This document shows, piece after piece, positions 27,801-36,117 of a DNA stretch of 64,000 nucleotides. The stretch's first letter is position 1; every line of letters starts with the position of its first letter. Where the stretch lies: positions 1-64,000 of the IMG/VR virus record IMGVR_UViG_3300020183_000016; one strand, given 5' to 3'. This DNA is from an uncultured virus (IMG/VR IMGVR_UViG_3300020183_000016). Its lineage: Duplodnaviria > Heunggongvirae > Uroviricota > Caudoviricetes. The notes below the pieces were generated by a model. That model was not told the origin of the DNA and did not search any database. It worked only from the letters and a program-made list of their open reading frames with translations. The position numbers and the translations under genes were made by a program.

Positions 27801-30482
27801 CCATTTAGAAATTTTAAAGAAGGATTTTTAAATTCAGTTTTTGATAATTTAGTTTTTAATGGCGCTAGAATAATTAACCTCCCAAAATTATATGTTTATT
27901 ATATTGGGGCACTTCTATGGCGGTATGAAGAATCTTTAGTGACTTCTGATCCAATTAAAAAAACAAATTTAAATAATAAAGATTATTCATTATTTATTAC
28001 CCCACCAAATTGTTATTTAAATAGAATTGGATATAGGGCGGCATCATCAACAAATAAAATAGATAAAATAGCGTCTGAATATTTAGAAGATGAATTATTA
28101 TATTTACCAAAATCAGTAAAAAATAAGTTAATAAATACATTTAAAAATTGGGTAGATTCAGAAAACTTTAATTCATCATTAACGGGTACTTTTGAAAAAA
28201 ATATAAAAAAATATGTACCCGATTTAATTACTCAATCGACATTAACTAAACAAGATAAAGATTTAGCAAAATCATACGTCCATTCTAAAATAAAAGAGAC
28301 AACTGATTTAATTCTTTTGAATCCAGATATATTTGATAAAGTTAAAATTCAGTTTAATAAAACAAATTACAAAGGTTTAGTGGTAGATAAAAATTCTTTA
28401 TTGAGTTATATAACTAATTTTAAACAAAAATTTAATGAAGTTGGTAAAGACAATAAAAATGGTGAAGAAGGGACTAATGAATTTAAAAATGATAAAAAAA
28501 ATCTTACACCTATTAAGTTACAGTTATATAACTATTTTAAAAATATAAATAATAAATGGGTTGGTAGTGAAGAAAAATCATTTAATATTTGTGGTGATCC
28601 TAATAATAAAAATTTATTTGATTATTTTAAATTTATAGATAGAGGTTGGAGATTTATTGGTGATGAAGCCACCTTTAATTTAAAAAGTTTTCTTACTTTG
28701 GGTAGTAATTTAAACACCAGTGTTTATTTTTTCATATCTAAATTATTAAGAGATAGTAATTTTTTATTTCAAATTTTACCTACATACATAAATTTCAAAA
28801 ATGCAGAAGAGGTAGGTAAGATATTTCAACCACAAACAGTGTTACAAAATAATGAATCTACAGGACCAATATTCTGTTGTATATATATTGGTGGTGCATC
28901 AGAAAGATTAGATATAGGAGAAAGAAGTAATTATTATTTTAAAGACGATGGTTTTAGTTTAACTACTGGTGAAATACCAGCAGATTTAACCGATACCAAT
29001 AAAGCCCTTATTGATAATAATGGTAACATTGGTATAGATGAGACATCATTAGTGGCATTTAGAGTATCTTTTGGTGCCCAGAATCAAACAGTATTTAAAA
29101 ATTTATCTTTGAGTCAGCAAGAACATAGAGAAACTGGCGAATATTTTTCAGCATTATCTGATATTATTGATAAGAGAGGGGGTACTCAAAAAACATATGT
29201 GGGTACAGATTTATTAAGATTATTTAAAGCTAGATCTTATACTTGTAAGGTTGATGCTATGGGTTGTATGAATATACAACCTTTAATGTATTTTGACTTA
29301 CAAAATGTACCATTTTTTAATGGTGCGTATTTAATAACAAGTGTGTCACATAGCATTTCTCCAAATGAAATGTCAACTAGCTTTGATGGTGTTAGACAAT
29401 CCAGATTTAAAACTTCCCCAACAAAAGAAATAACTGCGGATTTAGATATTGATTTAAATGAAAGTAGTGAAACACCAAAAATAGAGTTTACCAATTTAAA
29501 TAATAAAAATGAATTATTTAGTATTGGTGTTTTAAACCCTAACGATAAATTTGATTTCGACATTAATTTTAATGGTCAATCAGGTATTGATAAATTTAAA
29601 AATATTGGTGTGACAAGTTTTACTGATGAAAATTTAAGGAACTTAATAGATTATTTCAGAATTAATTTAGAGTCAGAAAAAATAGTAACAAATTCTCAAG
29701 TGACTATGGCATTATCAGCAATTTTTTCTAATTCCGAAAATTTATTAAGCACTGAAATGAAATGGGATGCGGAAAATAAAGAAACTTATATAAGAAGATT
29801 TCCTGAAAATGATATAAATAATGGTAAAATTAAATACTATGGCATTACAACATCTAATGAAAAATATTTAAAAGTGCAACCAATATTCACTGCGGGTACT
29901 ATAGATGACATTTCTTATTTATTACCAGGTAATGACGATTTGAAGGAATTTTTAATAAATGATCGGATTGAAAACAGAAAAAAAGAAATAAATGATAAAT
30001 TACCTAATTTAGATGTTAATAATGCAACTGAAAAAACCGAAAAAGAAAAATTAGAAAAAGAATTAAAAAAATTAAATGATCAAGAGGCTAATTTAAGTGC
30101 TACTACTAAATATTATAATATTTTTGAGGGTGATGCTTATAGATTTAGACCTAGAGGATACCTTTATATGGTAGGTAGAAAACAATACACAGATATCTAT
30201 TCAGATTTAGGACAAATAGACCCAAAACAATTTTCTAAAACACCTGAACAGGCGTTTTTTACTTCTTTAAAAATATGGAAATATCTAAAAGAAAATTCTA
30301 AAAGTGCTTACGATTATTCATCATTAAATAGTGGTTCTGCCACTATTTATAAAAAATGTATAGACATTACACACCAATATAATGGTAAAGGTATTGAGGT
30401 AGTCTTTTCTACTTTTGAAAAAGTGTTAACAATATTTACAGATAAGAATGGTAACCCATTAATTAATTATTTTAATCCTTGA
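24804..30482 (+). CDS. Large baseplate hub protein with C-terminal degenerate GH19-like domain
   Basis: FGIKSIDIK...PTVDITFTDVRG; SYTCKVDAMG...IQPLMYF...FNGAYLITSVSHSI (hub/late-D-like); GDAYRFRPRGYLYMVGRKQY. Confidence 0.75.
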   Translation: MAKVEKVGKAFIVDPNPPGMEIVPPEDLFIYVKFSAYPRSRVTYGGQTLEGNAINFNNGIEDEVHFISTKIKYDYKTGKLDPPLQKTYATTDWTNIGGFNASDTKSAGVLEGFGIKSIDIKYNSSLVPTVDITFTDVRGGALFDVIKDEDRLSPYSIFFKMPYPVFNLSVKGYFGQKVDFCLHMINWTSNFDGSTGNFDITANFLGFQQAFLNDMVLGNIIGTINTTEGYNNLNRIFDESKSEIGSSDLGGKTLEDLRNSGELNIRKIDDFFTQISKLQVQSEIIKTEINSFQFLKDLNGKLSLLKTLKSFIGNAIQKEPKSDSNGSDEKTVQSKSYLELENRIDIIDTSPIKDDELIKNKNYLSIRDYVVFNSINRASFKSYISTLNSIILKYKEYLKSDQRIKYQPNNTLESAKLKDILKTQKIKTNETVESTKDRDLIDSFFDITNEENWENYIVSPTKGVNLKPDPKRLDFILESFYTTGSEINLLKNYDKGPDINNNLNTDRLKKNISDKIYYSPKTNLLPTSNVLVADFRKQRALLEDSIIDLEEIVKIQKEIVQEEINEKLLENFRKEFNFNPTIGKCFEIIANNTQAMVETIYDISVAAEDKTKAENRKSILKTYETDVPTGIDGVAWPSIYQKGDKGDLEEIYMGDVLGINTSDFPELDFVERVFENIVGKTKTLEDVTKASVLKNGLDTDNWFPINPIDYKVNPWIKLNSLNDVQSIGNELLEKFFTRVSLLNNYTKFSPSTGLRNIDEYARLESISANKTIFSEKARKIISNLLIEIENQLNNPNTPVVAAESFNIKKCKFYNDFIIENNIGYEISEVNGYQKIGDFKISGIFSDDIEYILFDEKGIVNNNKKLFQEIKDDEIYRKLTDPNAGNIINKEVKGPELFYKNFYSGANNLTTYNSYNIWYKEVGNRILKNSNNLILGDLSKCRLEDVNPTGSTNDSLYINSTYFNKTYTGKTDYGDIMTDNDLYEGQTSNYSRALLLLSTFPFRNFKEGFLNSVFDNLVFNGARIINLPKLYVYYIGALLWRYEESLVTSDPIKKTNLNNKDYSLFITPPNCYLNRIGYRAASSTNKIDKIASEYLEDELLYLPKSVKNKLINTFKNWVDSENFNSSLTGTFEKNIKKYVPDLITQSTLTKQDKDLAKSYVHSKIKETTDLILLNPDIFDKVKIQFNKTNYKGLVVDKNSLLSYITNFKQKFNEVGKDNKNGEEGTNEFKNDKKNLTPIKLQLYNYFKNINNKWVGSEEKSFNICGDPNNKNLFDYFKFIDRGWRFIGDEATFNLKSFLTLGSNLNTSVYFFISKLLRDSNFLFQILPTYINFKNAEEVGKIFQPQTVLQNNESTGPIFCCIYIGGASERLDIGERSNYYFKDDGFSLTTGEIPADLTDTNKALIDNNGNIGIDETSLVAFRVSFGAQNQTVFKNLSLSQQEHRETGEYFSALSDIIDKRGGTQKTYVGTDLLRLFKARSYTCKVDAMGCMNIQPLMYFDLQNVPFFNGAYLITSVSHSISPNEMSTSFDGVRQSRFKTSPTKEITADLDIDLNESSETPKIEFTNLNNKNELFSIGVLNPNDKFDFDINFNGQSGIDKFKNIGVTSFTDENLRNLIDYFRINLESEKIVTNSQVTMALSAIFSNSENLLSTEMKWDAENKETYIRRFPENDINNGKIKYYGITTSNEKYLKVQPIFTAGTIDDISYLLPGNDDLKEFLINDRIENRKKEINDKLPNLDVNNATEKTEKEKLEKELKKLNDQEANLSATTKYYNIFEGDAYRFRPRGYLYMVGRKQYTDIYSDLGQIDPKQFSKTPEQAFFTSLKIWKYLKENSKSAYDYSSLNSGSATIYKKCIDITHQYNGKGIEVVFSTFEKVLTIFTDKNGNPLINYFNP

Positions 30483-30507
30483 CCTTAACATTTTAAAAAA
30501 AAATTAT

Positions 30508-30515
30508 TATATTTG
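30508..30515 (+). promoter_or_regulatory. Bacteroidota-type -7 box TATATTTG
   Basis: Ends 4 nt before ATG 30520; no clean -33 TTTG. Confidence 0.5.
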
Positions 30516-30519
30516 CAAT

Positions 30520-31119
30520 ATGTATTTTGGAAATATAATATCAGATTCAGAAATTCGTATAGACGGATTTAAAAAGTTTAACTCAGATGAAATCATTGAC
30601 AATGATTTACCTACAATAATAATTGGTTGGGAATTAACAAAAAAAATTTATGAAAATAAAGTTTCTATTCTTCATAAAACAATAAATATAAAAACTTTTT
30701 GGACATTTTCACCAAAGGAAAGGAAAGTTGATTTTGAAGTAGATTTAGAGGGTTTCAAAGAATTTTGTTACAATACTTTTGGTAATAACATACCATATGT
30801 ATATTTAGATTTACTTTATGGTAAAAAATCGATAAATAAAAAAATAATTAAAAAAATATTTTCACTAGTTAATCCATATATATACATTTCAGATAATAAT
30901 ATGGTTTATGTTTATGGGGATAATATAATATTTGGGATAGATTTAAATGTTATTAGTTATTTTGAAAATAAGAAGGAAAAAGTTATTAAAAAAATAAAAA
31001 ATTTAAAAAATAATGTTTTGATAGATTCTGAGATATTTAATAATTATGGGGATTTTATTTATAAAATAAAAAATAAAAATAGATTAATCCCTTATATTAT
31101 TAAAAATGGAAACTACTAA
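30520..31119 (+). CDS. Hypothetical protein
   Basis: ORF track; LPTIIIGW motif; no function recognised. Confidence 0.8.
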   Translation: MYFGNIISDSEIRIDGFKKFNSDEIIDNDLPTIIIGWELTKKIYENKVSILHKTINIKTFWTFSPKERKVDFEVDLEGFKEFCYNTFGNNIPYVYLDLLYGKKSINKKIIKKIFSLVNPYIYISDNNMVYVYGDNIIFGIDLNVISYFENKKEKVIKKIKNLKNNVLIDSEIFNNYGDFIYKIKNKNRLIPYIIKNGNY

Positions 31120-31516
31120 TAAAATTATTACGTTAGCATCTTTTATTTATACAGATAAAATAGATTCTTTTAAAAAATATTTAAAAAAAAGATTTAAAAT
31201 AAACGAAGAAAATGTTTTTATTTATTCTTATGAAGAAAAAAATAAAAAACTTATAACATATAGAGTTATATTACAAAATGAAGGTAGAGTGGATATCACA
31301 TCAATAATCCCACCAACTGTAATTGTCCATAAAAAAGGTGAATGTTTTTATACTATTAATGCCTTAAATAAATTAATTGAAAAAATTAATTACTTAGAAA
31401 ACGGTAACATTAATCATTTAGATTATAAAATAAATTGGGATGAATACCAGAATAAAATTATAATCATTAAAAATGAAGAGTTAAAAATAATAGATATAGT
31501 TAGAGATTTTTCTTAA
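31106..31516 (+). CDS. Hypothetical protein
   Basis: Overlaps the previous gene; VHKKGECFYTINALNKLIE. Confidence 0.8.
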   Translation: METTNKIITLASFIYTDKIDSFKKYLKKRFKINEENVFIYSYEEKNKKLITYRVILQNEGRVDITSIIPPTVIVHKKGECFYTINALNKLIEKINYLENGNINHLDYKINWDEYQNKIIIIKNEELKIIDIVRDFS

Positions 31517-31548
31517 ATAGTAGATATTTATTAATAAAAAACAAATTT

Positions 31549-31737
31549 ATGGAAGATAATAAAAATAAAAAAAATAGCGAAAATTTAGAATCTAAATTAG
31601 ATAATTTTTTATCTAACAAACCAAACCAAACTGAAGAGTGTGTTGGAGATGAATGTTTGATAAATGATGGAAAAGAAATTGTTGAGAGAGTAAATAAAGT
31701 TTACAAAACAAACGATGGTAGACAACTTTTAATATAA
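31549..31737 (+). CDS. Small hypothetical protein
   Basis: ECVGDEC...ERVNKVYKTNDGRQLL; late motif at 31524. Confidence 0.8.
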   Translation: MEDNKNKKNSENLESKLDNFLSNKPNQTEECVGDECLINDGKEIVERVNKVYKTNDGRQLLI

Positions 31738-31742
31738 AAAAT

Positions 31743-32459
31743 ATGAATAAAAATAGACTTATTTCTGAAGATTTAAAAAGGTATAAACAACTTTTAGAAT
31801 ATACTTTTTATGTGCCAGAAGAAAAAGAAAAAGATTTAAATGGAGATTTATTATTAGATGATTCTTTTTTAACTGAACAAGATCCTGCAGGTGACGATCC
31901 TTTTATGGATGTCGCAGATGACGAAGGCGGACAAGCACCAACTACTGGTGACACTGAAACTACTACAGATGACGAAGGTGGACAAGCACCAACTACTGGT
32001 GACACTGAAACTACAACAGGTGCTGAGGAAGTTGAAATAGAAGATGAATTTGCGGATGAAGGTGATGATACTATTGAAGTTGATGTAACAGATATTGTAG
32101 ATAATACTGAAGAAACAAAAAAATCTGTAGATAATGTAAGTAATAAAATGGAGGATTTACTTGCCAAATTATCAGAGTTAGAACAACAAGTTAGTGGTAT
32201 GGATAAAGTTATTGATAAGATAGATTCGTTAGAAAAGGAAATAGAAAAGAGAAATCCTACACCTGTTGAAAGATTAGAACTTAGATCTATGGACTCTTTT
32301 CCATATAGTGTAAAATTAACTGATTTTTGGAAAGATAAAGATGGTTACGATGTAGAAGGTGAAGAAGAAAATGAATATGTTTTAAGACAAAGTGATGTCG
32401 ATAATTTTGATAGGAATCAAATAAAGGCATCGTTTAATTATTCAGAAAAAAAAGATTAA
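31743..32459 (+). CDS. Acidic coiled-coil leader-bearing protein (possible head core/scaffold-like)
   Basis: LISEDLKRYKQLLEY...FLTEQ leader, acidic linker, heptad region MEDLLAKLSELEQQV. Confidence 0.8.
   Translation: MNKNRLISEDLKRYKQLLEYTFYVPEEKEKDLNGDLLLDDSFLTEQDPAGDDPFMDVADDEGGQAPTTGDTETTTDDEGGQAPTTGDTETTTGAEEVEIEDEFADEGDDTIEVDVTDIVDNTEETKKSVDNVSNKMEDLLAKLSELEQQVSGMDKVIDKIDSLEKEIEKRNPTPVERLELRSMDSFPYSVKLTDFWKDKDGYDVEGEEENEYVLRQSDVDNFDRNQIKASFNYSEKKD
31915..32016 (+). repeat. Two 51-nt in-frame tandem copies (DDEGGQAPTTGDTETTT)
   Basis: Near-identical copies at 31915 and 31966. Confidence 0.95.
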
Positions 32460-32479
32460 AACAAATGATATAAAAAAAG

Positions 32480-32506
32480 AACCTCACTAACAAAGTGGGG
32501 TTTTTT
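32480..32506 (+). terminator. Intrinsic terminator
   Basis: AACCTCACT-aacaa-AGTGGGGTT plus T-run. Confidence 0.8.
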
Positions 32507-32518
32507 GTTATATACATA

Positions 32519-32547
32519 TTGACTTTTTAATATTTTGTTAGTATCAT
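32519..32547 (+). promoter_or_regulatory. Sigma70-like promoter TTGACT-N17-TATCAT heading the replication block
   Basis: Exact 17-nt spacing, directly after a terminator and 30 nt before the SSB ATG. Confidence 0.65.
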
Positions 32548-32576
32548 TGTATATTATTAATTTTAAAAAATAAAAA

Positions 32577-33488
32577 ATGAGTAAAACTTTAGATGCAATT
32601 TTATCACAGTATGAAAAAAATACTGAAGATAAAAAAACTACTACTAAGTTGTCTAATGAAGACAGACTTAAAAAGTATTTTAGTGAAAAATTACCCAAAG
32701 GAGTAAAATCCCAAACTAAAAGGTTTAGGATTTTACCTAACAAAGATGGAAGTAGTCCATTCACTGAGGTATATTATCACGAAAAACAAGTTAACGGTAA
32801 ATGGGAAAAAATTTACTGTAACCATTTAAACGATGGTGAACATTGCCCATTATGTGAGGCAAAAGACGCTCTTTATGAGGATGGTTCTGAAAGGGCTAAA
32901 AAATTAGCAAAAGAATTTATTGCTAGAAAATTCTACGTTGTTAAAGGTATTGACAGAGACAATGAAGAAGATGGTGTTAAATTTTGGAGATTTAAACATA
33001 AATATACTGGTGACGGTATTATGGATAAAATCATTCCTTTATTTAAATTAAAAGGTGATATCAGTGACCCTAGAGAAGGTAGAGATATTATCATAACTAC
33101 AGGTAAAAACGACAAAGGTTATAGTGTAGTTAACTCTATTATGGCAGATGATACATCTATTCTTACAAAAGACAAAGAAAAGGCAAATGATTGGTTTAAT
33201 AATGAAGAAACACATAGAGATGTTTATTCTAAAAAACCACAAGAGTATCTAGATATTGTTGCCACAAATAAAACCCCAATTTGGGATTCTGAACAAAAGA
33301 AATTTGTAGCTGAAGAAGACAAAGAAGAAAAAGAAACTGCGTCTTTAACTGAAGAAATCAATATGATGAAATCAGAAACTTTTAAAACAAAAGATTTAAA
33401 ATATACTGATGATTCAGATGACGAAGATGAAGATGACGATTTTTATTCTACTAGTTTAGAAGATGACGATGATGAATTACCGTTTTAA
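32577..33488 (+). CDS. Single-stranded DNA-binding protein (T4 gp32-like)
   Basis: RFRILP...PFTEVYYH, YC...HCPLC zinc motif, GVKFWRF, DPREGRDIII, acidic tail ending DDDELPF. Confidence 0.9.
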   Translation: MSKTLDAILSQYEKNTEDKKTTTKLSNEDRLKKYFSEKLPKGVKSQTKRFRILPNKDGSSPFTEVYYHEKQVNGKWEKIYCNHLNDGEHCPLCEAKDALYEDGSERAKKLAKEFIARKFYVVKGIDRDNEEDGVKFWRFKHKYTGDGIMDKIIPLFKLKGDISDPREGRDIIITTGKNDKGYSVVNSIMADDTSILTKDKEKANDWFNNEETHRDVYSKKPQEYLDIVATNKTPIWDSEQKKFVAEEDKEEKETASLTEEINMMKSETFKTKDLKYTDDSDDEDEDDDFYSTSLEDDDDELPF

Positions 33489-33497
33489 TAATAAAAC

Positions 33498-34547
33498 ATG
33501 TCTAAAACACCATTAAAGAAAAAAGCTTCTGATTTTTCATCTATTAGAAAAAAGTTTTCCTCTAGTGATAAATATAAAGAACAAAAATACTTTGATCTAG
33601 GGGAAGCTTTCCAAAAGTCTACAGGATTACCAGGTCCTGCTATGGGTCAGATAAACATGCTTTTAGGTCATTCGGACACTGGTAAAACAACTGCACTTAT
33701 TAAAACTGCGGTAGATGCGCAGAAAAAAAATGTTTTACCTGTTTTTATAATTACTGAACAAAAATTTAGTTTTGAACATGCTAAACAAATGGGTTTAGAT
33801 GCTGAATATATTGAAGAGGTAGATGAAAAAACTGGAGAAGTTAGTGCATATTGGGACGGTTTTCTTTTATATAAGTTAGGGTTTGATTATATTGAACAAG
33901 CTTTTCATTATGTAACTGAAGTATTGGATGCCCAAAAAAGTGGAGAAATTCCTTATGATATAGTATTTTTATGGGACTCAATAGGTACAATCCCTTGTCA
34001 AATGAGTTTTGAAGGTAAAGGAGGTAATCAACATACTGCAAGAGTTATTTCAGAAAAATGGGGTATGGGTTTAGCTCAAAGAATTACTTCTTCGAGAAAA
34101 GAAAGTTTTCCTTATACTAATACTATGATTTTTGTAAATCAGCCTTGGGTGGCATTACCTGATAATCCATTCGGACAACCTACTATTCAACCAAAAGGAG
34201 GTAATTCTATTTATCTTTCTTGTGCATTAGTATTCTTATTTGGCAACCAAAAAAGTTCTGGAGTTTCTAAACTTTCTGCCACTAATAAAGGTAGAAAAGT
34301 TAATTTTGCGATTAGAACAAAAGTAGGTATCCATAAAAATCATATGAATGGTTTAGGTTATGCCGATAATAAAATATTAGCAACTACACACGGATTTATA
34401 GAGGATGATAAAAAATCAATTGATGATTACAAATCAGAAAACAAAGATTATTGGGCAGAAGTGTTTGATACTGTTGGTGATGAGGATTCATTTGATGTTG
34501 TTGAGGAGAACTTTATAGAATCTCCTGTTGATTATTCTGATGATTGA
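33498..34547 (+). CDS. uvsX: RecA/UvsX-like recombinase
   Basis: Walker A GHSDTGKTT, FIITEQK, Walker B VFLWDSIG, IFVNQ, PKGG. Confidence 0.9.
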   Translation: MSKTPLKKKASDFSSIRKKFSSSDKYKEQKYFDLGEAFQKSTGLPGPAMGQINMLLGHSDTGKTTALIKTAVDAQKKNVLPVFIITEQKFSFEHAKQMGLDAEYIEEVDEKTGEVSAYWDGFLLYKLGFDYIEQAFHYVTEVLDAQKSGEIPYDIVFLWDSIGTIPCQMSFEGKGGNQHTARVISEKWGMGLAQRITSSRKESFPYTNTMIFVNQPWVALPDNPFGQPTIQPKGGNSIYLSCALVFLFGNQKSSGVSKLSATNKGRKVNFAIRTKVGIHKNHMNGLGYADNKILATTHGFIEDDKKSIDDYKSENKDYWAEVFDTVGDEDSFDVVEENFIESPVDYSDD

Positions 34548-34572
34548 CTGTTTAACCATTAAATGATGGTTT

Positions 34573-35616
34573 GTGAAAATCCCAAATAGAAAAACAAAAA
34601 CATTTCAAAAAACACTTATTGTAGACGGAGATTCGTTAATAAAAACCGCCTATCATGGAGCAAAAGATCTTTATTATAAAGATACTCACATAGGCGGTAT
34701 TTTTCAATTCCTTACTATGATTAGAAAACTTATAAATGAATATAAGTTTGATAAAGTATATGTGTTTTGGGATGGACAATTTAGCGGTAGGTTAAGGTAT
34801 GACATTTATGAAGATTATAAATCAAATAGAGATAAAGATTTTTATAATGATCAACCACCATCAGAAATAGAATTATACCTACAAAAAGAAAGAGTTAAAT
34901 TTTACTGTGAGGAATTGTTTATTAGACAATATAGTGATGATATTGTTGAGGCAGATGATTTAATCGGTTATTATATAAAAAACATTTCAGATGATGAAAA
35001 AGTTGTTATAATGACTAATGATAGAGATATGTGTCAACTAATTGGAGAAAGAGTTGGTATTTACGTAATTAATTTAAAAAGGATAGTTACTAAAGATAAT
35101 TATTTAGAACATTTTAATCATCACTATACTAATTTAAAACTAATTAAAATCATATCTGGTGATGTTAGTGATAATATAAAAGGTATCACAGGTGTAAGTG
35201 AAAAAACTTTATTGAAATTTTTTCCCGAAATTAAAGAAAAAACTTTGACATTGGAATATATTTTTAGTAAAATTAAAGATATACAAAAAGATAGAAAAAG
35301 TAATTTAAAATCGTTAGATAATATCATAAATAAAGTGACTAAGGGTAAACAAAAAGAAAATATATTTGAAATAAATCAAAAGATAATTGATTTAAGTAAC
35401 CCTATCATAACAGAAAACACAAAATCAGATTTAGATTATTTAATGTCAACAACAATTGATCCTGAAGGTAGAGAAATTAAAAATGTAATTAAAATGATGA
35501 TGGAAGATGGTTTAATGATGGCAATACCTGGAGGACAAGATGGGTATTTAAATTTTCTACAACCATTTCTTTCATTAATAAAAAAAGAAAAAAAATATTA
35601 TAACAGTTTAAAATGA
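34573..35616 (+). CDS. 5'-3' exonuclease / flap endonuclease (T4 RNase H, PolI N-terminal-like); GTG start
   Basis: LIVDGDS, VFWDG, YKSNR, EADDLIG, NDRDMCQL, GDVSDNIKGITGVSEKT. Confidence 0.93.
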   Translation: MKIPNRKTKTFQKTLIVDGDSLIKTAYHGAKDLYYKDTHIGGIFQFLTMIRKLINEYKFDKVYVFWDGQFSGRLRYDIYEDYKSNRDKDFYNDQPPSEIELYLQKERVKFYCEELFIRQYSDDIVEADDLIGYYIKNISDDEKVVIMTNDRDMCQLIGERVGIYVINLKRIVTKDNYLEHFNHHYTNLKLIKIISGDVSDNIKGITGVSEKTLLKFFPEIKEKTLTLEYIFSKIKDIQKDRKSNLKSLDNIINKVTKGKQKENIFEINQKIIDLSNPIITENTKSDLDYLMSTTIDPEGREIKNVIKMMMEDGLMMAIPGGQDGYLNFLQPFLSLIKKEKKYYNSLK

Positions 35617-36110
35617 ATACAAATATGAAAAATAGTTATCAAAGTTACCCATATGAATTCTTATTTATGATTAACGGTAATCCTATTGTTGGAAGGAATT
35701 TCCCAATAAAAAATTTTAATAGAGAAAGTTTAAGTTCTTTAGATTTAAAAGATGTAATAGATGATGTAGTAAATGTAATTAAATTACATTTTAAAAACAA
35801 TACTTATGAGTATTTGTATAAATATTATAGTTATTTTGCAGAAAATAATAACAATGAAGAATATGGAGTGAGAGACATTTACGAAAATGAAGATTTTTTT
35901 ACTTTCCAAATAAAAATCAATAATAGAGTAATAATTAAAAAGATTTTCACAGGAAATGATTTTCCACCAAAAGTAAGATATGATGTAGATATAAGAAAAA
36001 TTATACCTAAAATCATTGAAATCATACAAATAGGATTAAGTCAAAAAAATTATACAAAAAATTATGGTGATTATGACTTAACTAAGATATTTATTAATAA
36101 CCAAATCTAA
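35613..36110 (+). CDS. Hypothetical protein
   Basis: ORF track; FPPKVRYDVDIR; coupled between exonuclease and helicase. Confidence 0.8.
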   Translation: MNTNMKNSYQSYPYEFLFMINGNPIVGRNFPIKNFNRESLSSLDLKDVIDDVVNVIKLHFKNNTYEYLYKYYSYFAENNNNEEYGVRDIYENEDFFTFQIKINNRVIIKKIFTGNDFPPKVRYDVDIRKIIPKIIEIIQIGLSQKNYTKNYGDYDLTKIFINNQI

Positions 36111-36117
36111 AAACGTT

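Noticed and set aside
32456..32764. Minus-strand 102-aa ORF
   Set aside because: Overlaps the SSB start, its promoter and a terminator; no motifs.
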